DNA of 63,193 bases, counting the filler, from Hausera hauseri (lineage: Eukaryota), in the NCBI GenBank assembly GCA_046269625.1. It is 12 parts of 12 records of this genome, joined end to end, with 100 filler letters (N's around TTAATTAATTAA, not from the genome) between each part and the next. Parts side by side here need not be neighbours in the genome. Positions count along the whole stretch, not along the records: positions 46,595 to 50,723 come from JBJURY010743431.1; positions 50,824 to 54,849 come from JBJURY010809753.1; positions 54,950 to 58,913 come from JBJURY010853522.1; positions 59,014 to 63,193 come from JBJURY010716659.1; 8 more parts are not named here. One strand, 5' to 3'. Position numbers and translations under genes: made by a program. Below are positions 48,094-61,393 of this stretch, piece by piece. The notes under the pieces are model-generated. The model was not told where the DNA came from, searched no databases, and saw nothing but the letters and a program-made list of their open reading frames with translations. Positions within the stretch are counted from its first letter, which is position 1. Each line of letters begins with the position of its first letter.

Positions 48094-50525
48094 CCCTTGA
48101 ACACCAAGCAAAAAAGTTACGTTAGTGATTGCGTGGGCCATTTTGACCAATCTGTTGAAATTTCATGATGAATATTATTTTATGAGCTGTGTTTGTTGTC
48201 TTGTGTTATTATCTGAAGTAGCAAAATGAAATTAACTCATATGATTAACTTTTAGTTCACCGGAAGTAGTAATTAATAAGTGTAAACAAATAGAAAGTTA
48301 TATTCTTTAATTTCAGATACCTTGATGAAGATCGATATTTTCTCTCGAAGCATTTAGTCTTTAGTTTATACTTGTTATTTGATTTATTATTGATTTTGCT
48401 ATTTATTTTTAGTGCTATATTTTTTAATTAAAATATTGGACATTGCAATAAAACATTCTATTATTATTGACATTGTTTACGTACAAAACTGCAGATGTTT
48501 GTACAAAAATAAACTTTCTATTCATAACAGTCATATGTTATTTTTCAGTGTAATCATGTCAAGAGATATTAAACGACTACATAGTGGTGCAAATGCCCTG
48601 AATTTTGTACTGTCAGAAACCACTGAGGACGAGAATGATGAGGATATGGCTGAATCTAATGATGAGAATAATAGTGTTTCAGATGCAGAATATGAGCTGC
48701 CTGAATGTAGTGTATCTTCTGACGATGAAGGTAACAGTTCTGAAGGTAATTTGCAACAGCTTCTACCGGCAGGAAATGAAATTGATAATGATGTACAAAA
48801 TGAAGACGATGATATTGAAGAGGAATGTAGGCCTAGTGTTATGCCTTCTTGTAATGAAGTTATTCAGCATGGCATAGAGCGCATCGATGCTGTAGCGAAG
48901 AGATTCTCTAAACAGTACATCGGCAGTAATGGAACCATATGGCAAACAAATACTCTTCCAGATGGACGTAGACAGGCCGTAAATGTTATGAGAGCTGTAG
49001 GCGGGTTGAGCGCATATGGTCGCTGTAATTGCTGAGAAAGTGCTATCTCCAACTGGAATATCTGTTTGGATGAGACTATTTTGGATACAACTGTACAGTG
49101 CATTAATGACAAAGCAAAGAACATGGATTCTCATCTTGTAATCGACGCAGATGCACTACGTAAATACATTAGCCTAGCTATACTTATTGGCGTGCACAAG
49201 GGTAGAGGTGAGCAATCTAAGACGCCTGCAGTCTGCGTTTGCTCCAATGGGAGCAGCGTTTGATAAGTGGAAGCAAAAATTGTCACCACCCTATATTCCA
49301 AGTAAATATGTCACTGTTGATGAAACACTAGCCCCATTCCGTGGGTGTTGCAGTTTTAAGCAGTACATGCCATCAAAACCCGCTAAATATGTCATAAAGT
49401 TTTGGTGTCTATGCAATGCATCAAATGGATACTGCTTTCGTATGAAATACTATCTTTGAAAGAATAATGGAGAACCCAGGACGTCCGCAATGAGTTTGAG
49501 TCAGCAAGTTGTTTTCCATTTAATAATTAACCTTTACGCAGGCAGAACAGTCGTGACAGATAATTTCTTTACTTCGTTGAATTTTCTGCAAGAAATACAT
49601 GCTCGTAATTTAGGTCTTCATGGAATCATGAGAAAAAGTCGTAGAGAACTTACAAAAGAGTTCACTAACAAGTCAAGCTATGCCCTCTCTTCAATCTTTG
49701 GCTTCAATGCTGACGCGACGCTAGTTTTATTTGCTCCGAAAAAAAACAAGCGTGTCTTGCTACTGTCCTATTAACACACAAGAGCTGATATTTATGATAA
49801 GTCAAAGAAGGCCGTGATGATACTAATTTACAATCAAGTAAAAGGCGGTGTCGATCATTTGGATCAAATGTGTGAAGCCAACACATCACGCAAACGCACT
49901 TTGAGATTGTCAAAATGTGTGTTTCAGCATATGGTTGCTGTGTCAGAATTCAATGAGTTTATACTCTGGCGTGATATCAGTGGTAGTCGAAACACAAAGA
50001 GAAGGCAATTTTTGAAGATGCTTGGTGCTGAAGTAGAGGTTAAGTACACAAGTACCAAAATATTCGTCTAATTTCAAAAGCTACTGATGAAGCCAGTGCC
50101 CCAGAGAGGTCCCAAGTTATAACTAGTGCACGACTGTGTCGTCGGCAGTGCAAGAAAAATAAAACCTTTCAGAGTTGTAAGTCCTGTCAGAACCCGTTAC
50201 CTGTGGTAACCGTTGAATTCTAATCAACTGTAATTATAAGCTGTGAAACTGACAAAGTTTAGTGTAATTAAGTTGGATAAATCATCATTTTGACATTGAA
50301 AAATCATGGGCCATCTTATCCATGTGGTCGCCAACGTAGTTTGAGAATTTGTTCATGTATAATTTTTTTCTATAATACATAATGATATACATTTTACAGT
50401 ATTGGAAAGAGTACTTTAACTTAAACAAACTCATTGAATTTCATAATGATGTGAGCAAAAGTGAAAATAAGGTGTGGACTCAAAAATTTCATTAGATGAA
50501 AACGACCCATAATGGCATTTAAGGA
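48094..50525 (+). mobile_element. piggyBac DNA transposon, both ends present, transposase disrupted
   Basis: TTAA|CCCTTGAACACCA...TGGCATTTAAGGA|TTAA (TIR 9/13 match, TTAA TSD). Motifs VTVDETLAPFRG, QYMPSKPAKY, VTDNFFTS and YNQVKGGVDHLDQM. Acidic N-terminus and Cys-rich C-terminus. Confidence 0.95.
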
Positions 50526-51096
50526 TTAATTATAAATTTAAAAATATAAGTAAATTGAATAGTGACTGTAGCACATTAAATCTCCAATTGCAGTTTTTCG
50601 GTTTAATTAATTGCTATAGAAAGCTTATTGTTTTTTTACGTCAATAAGTTTTGAAGCAAAAATATCGATTGCAAATTGGATACTGCAATGCACTGTACAT
50701 TGACACAGTGAAATAGACAACTGNNNNNNNNNNNNNNNNNNNNNNNNNNNNNNNNNNNNNNNNNNNNTTAATTAATTAANNNNNNNNNNNNNNNNNNNNN
50801 NNNNNNNNNNNNNNNNNNNNNNNAAATCACTTTCTGACAGAATCACGGATACAATGGACATTACAGAACGTACAACAATTCGTCTAGACCCTCTTTTTAC
50901 ACAAACGTCGCTATAACCCTTCGGGCATATGATACACCCTGCCCAATAATATATAGAGGTGATAAAAAAGGAAAATATACCTCGACTAACTTATGAAATT
51001 GAAAAATACCTTACACCAAGGCCTAAAGAAACCGAAGTGGAAAAAGGCTTATCCTTTTTAATGTGACCAATCCTATCTAAGTCAGAAATTATAATT

Positions 51097-52032
51097 ATGG
51101 AAATCAATTCGGTATATTTAATGACCCCCATTAGGAGCAAGGAAATGGCATTAGTTGAAATAGTCCTGATAGATCTAGAGGGTAATACTATAAAGGATGA
51201 AATCCTAACCCAAAGAGAGACAATAGACAACTACAATAGCCATATTACTGGTCTAAAAGAAGCTGATATTGTGGGACAAAGAGATTCATATGAAGAAGAA
51301 CCTCATTTACGGAAAGCAATATTTGGGAAAGTAATAGTTGGCATCGATGTATACCATATGTTTGCAACCACTCTTAAATACGACTATAATTATTTTCTTG
51401 GCATCAAAGACCTGTTGCATCATAAAGAAGTTAATCTCCAACTAGAATATACCGCTAAACAGCTCCTTATGAAGAATAATGATGGTGTCTATCCTCAAAA
51501 GACAAAAGATAAAGCCCTAACTATTCTGAAGATTTATAACACAATTTCAGAATATAAAAATGAATACTTTGAAAATGATACCACGTCTATGGAAATTCAA
51601 GAACCAGAATTAACTCAACAGGCGCTTATCCAGACAGCGCCTGTACAGGCGTCATCCGCATGTTTAAAGACCCAACAGATATCATCCCAGTCGACAATTG
51701 ATCAATTAATGTTAAATCAGTTAATGCCGAATGATCAACCAACATCAGCTTCGACTTCGACGATGAAAGACTGTCATATCGATTTAAAACCGTTAACGCT
51801 AGCTAGTTCTTCGGAATCTATCTTTGTTGATTTAACAAAAAAATCAAAGAACAAAAAGAAAATCCCCAGATCAGAAACAGTTACCCTAAGAAAGACAATT
51901 AAAAAGAAAGGAAGACGTCTTCAGATCAAATCAGTCAACTACCAGGATATAAATGGAATTATTGAAGTGTATCCCTTGATGCTGAGGACAGCATCATCTG
52001 AAGAGGGAGATGTTCGAGACGAACCTAAATGA
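51097..52032 (+). CDS. DEDDh exonuclease-like (REX4/ISG20-like) domain plus low-complexity and basic tail; frame extends upstream through stops to contig start
   Basis: ALVEIVLIDLEGNTIKDEILTQRETIDNYNSHITGLKEADI...LRKAIFGKVIVGID resembles ARVSIV..G..V.D..V.P...V.DY.T..SGI...L.GKILVGH. Canonical acidic residues are not evident. Confidence 0.6.
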   Translation: MEINSVYLMTPIRSKEMALVEIVLIDLEGNTIKDEILTQRETIDNYNSHITGLKEADIVGQRDSYEEEPHLRKAIFGKVIVGIDVYHMFATTLKYDYNYFLGIKDLLHHKEVNLQLEYTAKQLLMKNNDGVYPQKTKDKALTILKIYNTISEYKNEYFENDTTSMEIQEPELTQQALIQTAPVQASSACLKTQQISSQSTIDQLMLNQLMPNDQPTSASTSTMKDCHIDLKPLTLASSSESIFVDLTKKSKNKKKIPRSETVTLRKTIKKKGRRLQIKSVNYQDINGIIEVYPLMLRTASSEEGDVRDEPK

Positions 52033-52833
52033 ACAAATAAAAGTCAATAAGTAAATACACTTACTGGCACTGGGAAAATTGAAAATAAACAATCTGCAAT
52101 AACTGATCGAGTGATTGTGTGACTTTAATTGATTTTTGTTTATTCTGGACCTTGAACAAATTGATTTTTGTTTATTATTATTTTACCTTAATGAATTTCT
52201 GTTTTCTTGTGATTTTATTGCACCAACCCTAATGGTATAAATACTGTCGTATTTCTCCATTTTTTACGAGAATAATTGTTAAGACTATATCGCATCATCG
52301 ATACTATTATGAACGGATGTAAGTGTAATTGTATTATTTTTATCTATTTCTTATATAAATTAGGAATTAATTTTGTATTGACTGTCGTCAGGATGTTTCA
52401 GCAAATGTTGCACCTTCTTAATTAAAATTTGGTGACTCTATTCTAAATGTATGATAATAAATTAAAAATTTCACATAATCATATTAGGAAAACCAGGTGG
52501 GTTTATATCTCGACTACTTGCAGCTAGTAGAAAAAAATCGTGTTACAAAATTTTCACCGAATCTTTAAGTTTTAATTTGTGTCGAGTGTATTGGAACATT
52601 TACAGCAATGACATTCAGTTGGGAAATATTTTCTGTGGGAACAAATTGGCATTTGGGAGTAATAAAAGTTGTTTAAGTTCCGTGCATTTTGCAAAGTTGA
52701 TCCTTTAAATTCTGAGATGCAACTTGAAATCTGATGACAAAGCATCATCAAAATTTGTGTGTAATATAATATGTAGACCTATATAGCTGAATCCCATAAA
52801 TATAAATTAGAGTCAGATTAACAACATGCTATA

Positions 52834-54849
52834 CAGGTGGAACCTCGTTAATTCGACTACCGAATAATTCGATTTACTACCTTAATTCGATTTTTTTCCT
52901 GTCTGTTGAAAATTCAACGTAAATCAACCCTGATAAATAGGCTTTTTTCACAGAAAAATTTAACAATATAACCCGGTTAATTTGACCTTATTTTTTGGTT
53001 TTCTTTATTTTTCAATGTTTAATACTAAGAGAGTAAATCGAATTATCGGGAAGTCGAATTAACGGATATAAACTATATTAATATCTATATTGTATATGCA
53101 AATAAGATGGAACACACAAATTCTATTTTCATTTTATTTTTAAAATGTATTGATACGTTTCTTTCAAATTAACTTGTTTTTCTTTATTATTATTTTTTGT
53201 CATAAGTCTGTTTCAAAGGTTTTTAGTTATTTAATGGTTGAATTTGGAAGTTTAATATTGACCTGCGATTAATATTTTTCATTATGGTCAAAATGTTGAA
53301 TGTGATAGAATGTTGATTAAATATTTCGATTTTAGAACCTAACCAAGCGTTCCGGAACACAAATAGGGAAGTATAAGAAGTACAAAGAGTGTGTCAATAA
53401 TCAGAAGAGAAGAACATTAATAAAAGTCAATGGACAAATCAGCTGATATTACTATCAAGGAAATGGATTCAATGGGGAAAAGAACTAATTATAAAAGTCT
53501 TACTATAAAGGCGAAGCTACAGGCGATCAGTGAGATAGAAGCCGGAAGCCCGATTAAAACCGTTTCCGGAAAATATGTAGTGCCGGCCAATACAGTGTCA
53601 AGAGAATTAAAAAATAAAGAAACAATCCGGATTAAAATTAATAAAAATCCTGTTCTGCTTTCTCGAAAGAGAATGAAATCCGGAAAATTTGAAGATGTTG
53701 ATAAGGCTGCCGTTCAATTCATCACCGAAGTTAGGAGCAACCATTTACCAGTAAGCGGAAAAATAATACAAGTTAAGGCAAAACTTTACGGGATAAAATT
53801 GAACAAGACCTTTAATGCAAGCAACGGATGGTTCAACCGATTCAAAAAGCGTACGGGTTTAAAATTGAAATGTCTTACTGGTGGTACGGCGGAGGCCGAC
53901 AAAATGATTGCCGCAAAATACATTGAAATGACGATGAACCTTCTCGTTAGAATTTATGACAAAAGAGTAATTTTCAATGTGGATGCGACAAATCTTTTTA
54001 GATGTTTTTCAGGGAAATCCTTTGCTCTAAAGGGGGACTCGTGCCAAAAGGGCAAATTTAATAAGGAAAGAGTCACCTTGTTATTATGTGCAAATATGTC
54101 AGGCACCGAAAAAATTACGCCGTTAATAATTGGTAAGACAAAACGACCTCACTGTTTTAGAAACATTCGCACTCTTCCAACTGATTATGACTTCAACAAA
54201 AAAGTGTAGATGAATAGACCCATTTTTGAAAAACGGTTGATGAAGTTAAATGCTGAGTTCAAGAAACAGAATCGAAAAGCATTGTTTTTCTTTGACAATT
54301 GTTCCTCTCACAAAAAAGAACTTCAATCAAAATTAAAACATGCGATTGGAATTTTTTCCACCAAATTTAACAACATTACTGCAAACGATGGATATGGCAA
54401 TTATTCGATGCCTGAAAGTTCATTACAAGAATGAGATAGTTAAAGAAATGTTAGACTGTGTTGAGAAAAAGATGCCACTTACAAAAATTACTTTGTTAGA
54501 TTGTATTAAACAAATTTCAAAGATATGGAACACCATAGTTTTTTCGTCAATTATTCAGAATTGCTTTAAGAAGGCAGGATTTCGTAATGAAGGCTTCAAA
54601 GGCAATGATGGTAACATCTCATTAAATGAACTTTACGAATATGCTGAGCAGAACTTTGAATCGCTGCGGCTGACTTATGACATCGATGAAGACTTTCACG
54701 AATATTTAAATTGTGACGAGAATGTTCTGTGTTATAGAATGATGACTGATGAAGACATACTCGAAAATGTTAAAAATAACCATGATTCATTTTTATTAGT
54801 GACCGAGAGCGACGCTATCGAAATACAAACGGAACAATGCGATAAATCA
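52834..54849 (+). mobile_element. pogo/Tigger DNA transposon (CENP-B HTH + DDE_1), disrupted, right end missing
   Basis: TA|CAGGTGGAACCTCGTTAATTCG TIR with subterminal TAATTCGA repeats. Motifs FNASNGWFNRFKKR, IFNVDATNLF, KERVTLLLCANMSG, FFDNCSSH and FFPPNLTTLLQTMD. Confidence 0.95.
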
Positions 54850-54949
54850 NNNNNNNNNNNNNNNNNNNNNNNNNNNNNNNNNNNNNNNNNNNNTTAATTA
54901 ATTAANNNNNNNNNNNNNNNNNNNNNNNNNNNNNNNNNNNNNNNNNNNN

Positions 54950-56320
54950 GGTGCCAGATTTGTTTGCATGGTTTCAGATATCAAAAGGCATATGACAATC
55001 ATGTTAAATTATGTAGAGACAATCGCAACCATACAACGCTGTATGTAATGCCAACATTGAAAAGCTGTCCGTTTACTTACTGGTCAAAGCTTGCATCTCC
55101 GGCTTTTGTCGTGTATTCGGATTTTGACTCTGTCTTACCACCTTGTGATGGATTTGAACAGAAACATATTCCGGTAACTGCTGGCTTATTGCTTGTTGCG
55201 TTAAAGGATATGGAATCAACGATACAATACTACCATTTCGTAGAGGATAATTGTATTATAGAATATTTGTCATGTTTCGATACTCTGGCAAAGACTGTTG
55301 TGATCCCATGGTATGATAGGAATGCTCATTGCCTTATGTTTCCATTATCAGTTGAGGATGAGTATGCGTTTCTTCATGCATAACAGTGTTACTTATGTAA
55401 AAAGAAATAAGGAATAAACTTCGCGATCATGACCATTTCACAGGTCAATACATTGGTGCGGCATGTCAAACATGTAATGTCCAGAGGAAGGTTTGTATGG
55501 TACTTCCAGTTGTTTTTCACAATTTCAGGGGTTATGATTCATATCACATCATGAAATATGCTATTAAACATTTTCCGAATTGGAAACCAACTGTTATAGC
55601 TCAGAGCAGAGAAAAGTATTTAGCCATGTTTGCTCATATTTTTGGACTGTCCATTAAATTTTTCGTTTCTTATCAATTTATGCTTGAATCATTGAACACA
55701 TTGTCTTCTAAGTTGGTGAGTGACCTTTGACGTCTACTGTTTTTCCAGGGCAAACCGGATATAGAAAGGGAATTTTTCCTTATAATTTTGTAGCGTCATT
55801 GACGGTATTAAAAAATACAGTTAACTTACCACCAATTTGGGATGATGTTGATGATGATGAATATCAGTATGCTAGGCAAAAATGGATCGAATTAAATTGT
55901 CAAACTTTACTTGATTACATGTTATATTATTTAAAACTAGATGTATATTTATTAGCCGATGTATTTAATAACTTTTGTCTAAGGGCTCTAAATGATGATG
56001 GTTTTGACCCCGTAAATTTTACAATTCTTCACGGTATGTCATGGAATAGTGCATTACAAACATTAGACGTGAATTTGGAATTGCTGTATGATCCGGAAAT
56101 GTACAGACTTTTCGAATATGGAATTAGAGGTGGCATAACGTTTGTAAATACACATTACACAGATGCTAAGGATGACTCGTCACTGTTGTACTTGGATGTG
56201 AACAATTTATATGGATGGCCACTATCACAGCCGTTGCCGCATGAAGGTTTTGTGTGGATATTTCATGAATATTGTTTGCAATCAATTTTAAACAGTCTAG
56301 TAGAAGCTGTGAGGATATAA
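54950..56320 (+). mobile_element. Polinton-type PolB pseudogene, copy D (same subfamily as copy C)
   Basis: Motifs VYSDFDSVL, RDHDHFTGQYIGAACQTCN, FHNFRGYDSY, RKGIFPY, YLKLDVYLLADVF, GIRGG and YLDVNNLYGWPLS. Confidence 0.9.
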
Positions 56321-57450
56321 TTGAGAACAGAAGTTCTAAATTTAAATCAGAAACATTTTAAAATTTAAATTAAGATTTTAATTTGGATTATAATAAAAAT
56401 TTTCTACTGGTGTTTACTTTTCAATGCGTAATCTCAATCAATCCAACTCTGATTCAGCAGACATACCAGAGGGCAGATATTTTCAAACCCTACCCCGGCT
56501 GGGCGATGACGTATACGGCGTGGATGCGCCCGCTGCCAACAACGACAACATATTTAAAAAAAACATACATTTGTCACACTATTTATTAAAACAACGTCAT
56601 TCTATTTGCACACCTATATTTATACCCAACCACCAAAATTTAAACAAAAATGTTTCCGCAAAATTTAAACAAAAAATTTTTACGTGCCAAATTCAAATAT
56701 TAAACCACTTCGAATCCGTACAATACACGCGTTTGTGTGTATCACTCTTATAACTGTGTGCATCCCATCTCCACCTTATTACCGTGCTTGTGTGTATCGC
56801 TTTTTTCTACCCCATGGCTAATCCCGAACCACTTTCTTTCCTTCCTTCCATGGAAGGGTGTTGAGGCCATGTGCTCCATTCTACCTACTCATTTCAAATT
56901 CAAAACTGGTTGTTGTCTCCGAAAATCATGTTGAAAAATAAATCTACCTAGGTTTACACAACTTTTAATGGTTCTAAATCCTAATTTTCAATTGTGATAC
57001 CATTCTGAAAATTTTCAATTTAATTTAACTGAAATGATAAAGAAATATGCATCGATGCTTTTGATTATAACGAAATCTAGATTTGTGTTTAGCTCGAACT
57101 AACAGAGAAGATGAAATGTTTGTAGGAACGAGAATTTCATCACAATAAATAACTTTCATTATTATTCCAAATCGACAGATATTTGATCTAAGTTGATGTT
57201 AAAAAAATCCCAAAACCGAACCAACTTTACTTCATTTCACACATTCATGAAGGCTTATGACATTTCGGCATTGAAAATAACAAGAAATTTTTTGAAAATG
57301 GAATAATATGGGTTGAAAATGAATCCGGATGTCATACAATCTACCAATTGTTGCATTTTTTACGCTAAGATTAAATAATACGGCCACTGAAACACGCTAC
57401 ATCAAAAATAGTTCCATATGTTTGTCTTGACATAATTATACAGACATATA

Positions 57451-58285
57451 CGTGGTACGCACAATAAGTAGTGAGTCTAATGCAGAAGGAGAATGACTAT
57501 AGAAACAAAATTTATTATTAATAAAGAATATGTCTACCTTGTTTTATTTTTCAACAAAATTTCCGCGAATGTCAACGCACTTTGTCCAGAAATTTGGAGG
57601 TTTTTCTGCCAAAAAAAAGCACAACCGTATCCTTCAAATCCTCATTTGAGTCAAATTTCTGAACTCTCAAACTACGTTTGAGATAGTTGAAAATATAGAA
57701 GTCTGACGGACCAGATAGGGGCTGTACGCAAGATGAGGGAACAGAGTGAGTCTACAACCTTGAATTGCAGCTGCAGACACCACACTGGTATGAATTGGAG
57801 CATTATCGTGCAAATAATACAGTTCGCAAACTCTGCTCTTCCTTCTCAACTTTCGAGCTTATTGCACAAGATTTGAGTAGTATTCGATCTTAATTCGAAC
57901 GTCTGTATCTTCAAAATTGGCCAGTATCAAACCTTTAGCATTCCAAAAAACGGTAAGCATCATTGCTTTTTTGTGGTAGGTTGATAATCGCATTTTCTTT
58001 GAACTTGATTCTCCAGACAGTTTCAATTCAAGAGGCTCACACTTTGATTCTGGCACAAATAATGCTAGTGATGTTTCATCCATAGTTATTCTATTTTCCA
58101 AAAAGTGAGTCCCAACACGCTCCAAAATTTCCAAATCCTCCAGGCAACATTGCAGTCGATGAACCTGCATTTCATTATTTAATAATCGTGGTAGGAAACG
58201 AGAACATAAAGTTCGAATGCCACAACCATCAAGCAGAGTCTGCAGTGGTGTCTCTTTGCATTGGTTTGTCACAAAATCGACTACA
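57451..58285 (-). mobile_element. mariner transposon, 3' half with TIR
   Basis: Motifs ITMDETSL, KAMMLTVFWNAKGLIL, LHDNAPIHTS and HLAYSPYL. TIR TA|CGTGGTACGCACAATAAGT at 57451. Confidence 0.92.
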
Positions 58286-58289
58286 ATTT

Positions 58290-58680
58290 TTAGCTTATTC
58301 CTTCATCTAGGTAGCAAAAAGTAGGCTAGAAAACAGTATATAGCACGGGAGTTCCATCGTGGTGAGTGGAGGGAAGGTAATTTTGTCCAATTTATCATGG
58401 GAAACTTATTTTGTGACTCTTAATACCCGTAAGCTTTGCACAAATCAAACAAAAACTTGAAATCATCTCTCCATCAGGAATTTCCAGTTTTCAGGAGTTT
58501 AACTTTTCCTGCATAGAGGAGTTGAAGTCCTGCAAATCTCTTCTTCACTTTATTGACGAATTCGTAATTTAACGTGGGTTTTGTAGGACGTCCTTCAACG
58601 AAGAAATCTAAACTGATAAATCTTTTCGAGNNNNNNNNNNCTTTGCTCAAAATACGGAAATTCTTTTGGAGCAACATTTA
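58290..58680 (-). mobile_element. Unclassified DNA-transposase-like relic
   Basis: Reading through stops gives RDDFKFLFDLC...KLPSLHSPRWNSRAIYCFLAYF. This resembles the RDDY...HxARWxxKAIY block of some cut-and-paste transposases. Confidence 0.4.
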
Positions 58681-59249
58681 ATGATATAATATAAGGTGAT
58701 AAATCTTTTTGAGGACAATAATGTTGCAAATTTTTCGAAGCTGATATTTCAATCTTATTAAGATCGTCGTCAGAGCACTATGGGCTTTTTCATATTAATG
58801 TGTACAAATGATCTTAATTTTATCCTGGTTTTATATTTAATTAAATTTATATAGGATATCTTTAGTTATTAATTTGGATTGATTTTATTTTAAAATTTAA
58901 ATTTTAGAATATTNNNNNNNNNNNNNNNNNNNNNNNNNNNNNNNNNNNNNNNNNNNNTTAATTAATTAANNNNNNNNNNNNNNNNNNNNNNNNNNNNNNN
59001 NNNNNNNNNNNNNTTGCTACTAGGAGATCTTAGAAGGTAGTCACATTGCCGCAATGAGTTGGGTCGGTGAAAATTATAGGCTGACCTAGTTTCGACCATT
59101 TGCAAATTTGGACTCACCTGAATGAGTTGAGTCGACTTTAAACATGATCACTTTTGTGTTGTTGTTGATGTTGTTAATTAAATTAACCAAATGACTACAT
59201 CTTTATTCTGTTGTTTGAATTACAGAAGGACAATCAAGTCCATTGCAAA

Positions 59250-59747
59250 CTAAATCCACGTCTTTAATAATGATAAATTCGGATTACCACCACCATCATA
59301 CAAACCACACACATTAACCAATTCAGGTGGCGTATAAATGAGTCCATCAGAATTAGTTACATTGCAATGTTGCTTGTAACAAATTTGGTCCGCTATCTGC
59401 CACGTTGGAATGTTGGAATGACCAATCCGATGATGATGATGATCACAATCTTTGTCAAAATCTTTCACAAATAGCATTTGACGTGGATTATCATTCAACG
59501 CATAGTAATTTACCAATTTCCAATAGGTGCCAAAAATCTGGACAAATATCGTGTCCCTGTCGCGAATAACCTTCTTCATATGTCGTAGATGGGGTTCTCG
59601 TACTCTCCAATTCTCCTCAGCACGCCAGAGTATCTCTTCGGGAGAACATTATCGTGCATCATGTAAAGGTCGATCAAGATTGTAAAAGTGACTCTGGAGA
59701 CCGTCGAATGAGTGATATAAACGAATGAGTTCTATTAAATTGGACAT
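59250..59747 (-). pseudogene. Unknown ~165-codon gene with one internal stop, TATA box ~32 nt upstream
   Basis: ATG at 59747 is in frame with ORF 59250-59579 across one TAA (59649-59651). TATAAATA on the minus strand at 59779-59786. Confidence 0.35.
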
Positions 59748-60403
59748 GTCTTAATGTCATACCGTAAAGAAGCACATGTATTTATACTGAAATATAACAA
59801 CAAAGAAACGTGAAATAAATTATATTGATTCATGAAAATAAACATAGCAAAATAATATATATTTGTAATTAAATACGGTCAATCAACTTTTTCAATACTA
59901 TAGAAAGCGAAGCAGAAAATACCATTCCAATGAGGAAATTAATACGTTGCCGCTTTCGTTTCAAATCATCCTCGATACGTATTGTGAAGAGATCGAATTA
60001 TTAATTCAATATACTCTCGTCTGCTCATTATCCTGGTTTCTGTCAGCTCACATCGATACTGAACGTCAAACACGTGTCCAATCATTATTTCATCTGTCAG
60101 TTTCTGAATTTCACTCTCAATGTACTCTTCCATTTAAGTTATAATATGTAATATATCTGATATGTTTATACCTGCGTATGTTGGGATTGATTAATGAAAT
60201 ATTCGACAGACAGACATTCTGAACAAACATTATTGAACATTCTTAACTTTTAACCGTGATATTCGACAGACATTATAATAAGTACATTTATACTAATTGT
60301 GACATCGTGACATTGTGACATTGAACAACATTTATTTCTTGTATTTTGCTGTTAAGCCCCACTGATGGGCGTACTTTTACACTCTGTTTTTGTAAATATG
60401 TTG

Positions 60404-60600
60404 TTAACCAACTGGTGATCGAATTAACCAACTGGTGATCGAAAAATTTAATTAAATTTAATATTTGAAAACTAAATTTCAAAAATAGACACAACGAAAT
60501 ATCGTCGAAAAATCTAATTTTGGAAAGTGACGATATAGTGGTACTCGAATTTAAAAAATCTAATTTTGGAAAGTGACGATATAGTGGTACTTGAATTTTA
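60404..60600. repeat. Short tandem duplications (20 bp x2 at 60404-60443; 46 bp x2 at 60508-60600)
   Basis: TTAACCAACTGGTGATCGAA twice. AAAAATCTAATTTTGGAAAGTGACGATATAGTGGTACT(C/T)GAATTT twice. Confidence 0.9.
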
Positions 60601-61393
60601 AAAATGGAAAACAACGAACTGTTGCCGAAATATCTAATTTCGGAAATTCGGAACAGGGTATAAATACTTCATTGAATGGTCAAAAAACACACTTACATTC
60701 TACATTCTATAAACTGCATTTTGCAACATATAAAAGAAAAGATCCTTGCCAATATATTCTTTGGTGAGTGAATATTATATGATATATTTATAATGAAAGT
60801 AGATTGATACAGCTGCTAATGGACCATAATTCAAATATCGTCGAAAGTGTTGATGCTCATGTACAGGATGGACCGTTGAGTTCAGTATCAGGCGCAAGCA
60901 ATGACGCTCATGCGAATACGAATTTATTACCGAATGACGATACGATGCCAGGAGGTAGGGGATTAAATGGTAAAGATTTCTTCCGTTAATAAATTGCTTC
61001 TTAATTTATAACGTTGTTGATCGATCACCTGGTGTTAATATTGTAATTTACATTTGTTATACAATAAAAAATTTTTAAATATAAATCGATAGTTTGATTT
61101 GTTAACGAGTGGGAAGTGGACATACATGTTTGTTTTGGGTGGAACATCAGTGCCCGGATGATGATATGGAAACGATGGCGTTATGTCTTCATTGTTCTAA
61201 GGACAGTTTGTTAGGTCGGTGTTGACTACTGCGATGGATTCTTCGATAACCGAAGATACTTCAAGTTTGAGTGGAGTCCTCGATGATGGTTTGATCATAA
61301 AGGTCGCACTTCATTATGAGACGGAGAATTTTGTTAATCATAATAAAATAATTGTCGAACAAGTCAATTACAATTTAGCATTTGTATTAATGT

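Noticed and set aside
4415-59013. Regularly recurring TTAATTAATTAA motif flanked by Ns, and apparent clustering of PolB, innexin, formin and TEs
   Set aside because: These are artificial concatenation spacers. Adjacency across them has no biological meaning, and ORFs running into X residues are artefacts.
60404-60600. CRISPR-like repeats
   Set aside because: Direct tandem duplications without unique spacers, in a eukaryotic context with no cas genes.
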